NCBI GenBank assembly: GCA_964016885.1
Contig: OZ024757.1
Location: 26,722,001 to 26,786,000, forward strand
Direction of reading: 5' to 3'
Origin: Eledone cirrhosa
Lineage: Eukaryota
Length of the DNA: 64,000 nucleotides
The position numbers and the translations under genes are program-made. Below are positions 62,815 to 64,000 of the stretch, piece after piece. Below the pieces are notes generated by a model. It searched no databases and had not been told where the DNA came from. It saw only the letters and a program-made list of their open reading frames with translations. How positions within the stretch are numbered: position 1 is the stretch's first letter; every line of letters starts with the position of its first letter.

Positions 62815-63728
62815 TTAGTATGTTTGTGTTTACCTATTTTGTATGTGTATGAGTGTCTAATTCTTCTGTCGTTTAATGGTCTTGGAAGTAAAGTGTGAAC
62901 GCCACAACTTCTCGTTTCCGACATTTCACCCTTCCACATACCCTGACCCCATCATCAATCAGTATCATACGTTAATTATGTCAGTTTTAAAAAGGAGGGC
63001 AGAGGAAGGGGGGATTAAAATAGACCAAAATATTTGAGTTAACCGGTGTCTAAAGATGGCCAGGGTGGAGAAAGATGTGGAATGGGAGAGTGAAAGATAG
63101 GACTAAGCGGGGGAGTGAAAGGTAAGACGACCGAGTGGTCAAAGAGGACTGAGTGAGGGGGGGTGGGGGTGAAAGATAAGAAGACTGGGTGAGAGTGAAA
63201 GCTAGGATAGCCGAGTGAGTAAGAGATAGTGAAAGAGAGGGAGGAAGAGAGAGATGAAAAAAGAAAAGAGATAGAGAGAGAGGGAGGGAGAAAGATAGAG
63301 AAAGAGAACAGAGAGATGAAGAAAGAGAGAGAGAAGAGAGATTGGGAGAAAGATAGAACAGAGAGATGAAGAAAGAAAGAGAGAGAGAAACAATCATATA
63401 GGGAGATTCAGTGAGAAAAATAGATAGGCACTATGTATAAGAATGAGAGATAGGGAGAGAAGGAAAAAAATCCAAACAGACATTAGAGATAAGAATAATG
63501 AGTAGGAGCCGAATTTTTTTCTCTTTTCTTCCTTCCTTCCTCTATATTTCTTTTATATTTAATCGTTATATATTTTTGGGTTATCACAATCAATTTTCTG
63601 CAAAAATAAAAGAGAAAGCACGCCATACCACCACTGTTATGAAATAAATGAAGATAGGGAAGTGTTGTGGTTTTGGCAGACGATCATTTGCAGCATGTCG
63701 TTTGTATGTCTGCATATGTAAATATGTC

Positions 63729-63784
<56 letters not shown>

Positions 63785-64000
63785 TATGCAAGCAGGGAAA
63801 AGCGGACGTAAAATCATGATGATGATGATGATATATGTATGTATGTATGTGTATTTGTGTATATATGTGTGTTTGTGGTCTATGTATATATATATATATA
63901 TGTTTGTATATGTATGTTTCTACATGTATGTATGTGTGTGTGTTTGTGATCTGTATGTGATATGTACGTATACATGTGTGTGTATGTGTGTTTGTTTGTA

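Overview
AT-rich, microsatellite- and SINE-dense animal genomic DNA. The repeat families (tRNA-headed SINEs, RTE LINEs) suggest an octopod cephalopod; this is inference, not a database result. Host genes reconstructed by hand from GT-AG splice sites: (1) the first four coding exons of kynurenine formamidase (AFMID, minus strand, 649-4476, running off the left edge); (2) head-to-head with it, a complete 13-exon SMYD3-like SET/MYND gene (plus, 8119-25563, 462 aa); (3) an intronless TFIIB (minus, 34583-35527); (4) a FAM162/UPF0389 gene (minus, last two exons 44867-47072, probable first exon near 56473-56602). SMYD intron 6 holds a near full-length RTE LINE whose 1002-aa ORF is preceded by a single in-frame TGA. 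Also present: CRE, R4-like and RTE LINE fragments, piggyBac-, hAT-, Tc1/mariner- and pogo-type MITEs, a Helitron-like element, and a 1.56-kb 27-bp minisatellite between 12-bp direct repeats. The most unusual signal is a set of fold-back elements embedded in (TA)n tracts, from several unrelated sequence families, that carry hammerhead-ribozyme cores (CUGANGA...GAAA...NUH) with covarying stems. Two lie in sense orientation in SMYD introns, each next to its own antisense arm. They are most likely non-coding Penelope-like terminal repeats.
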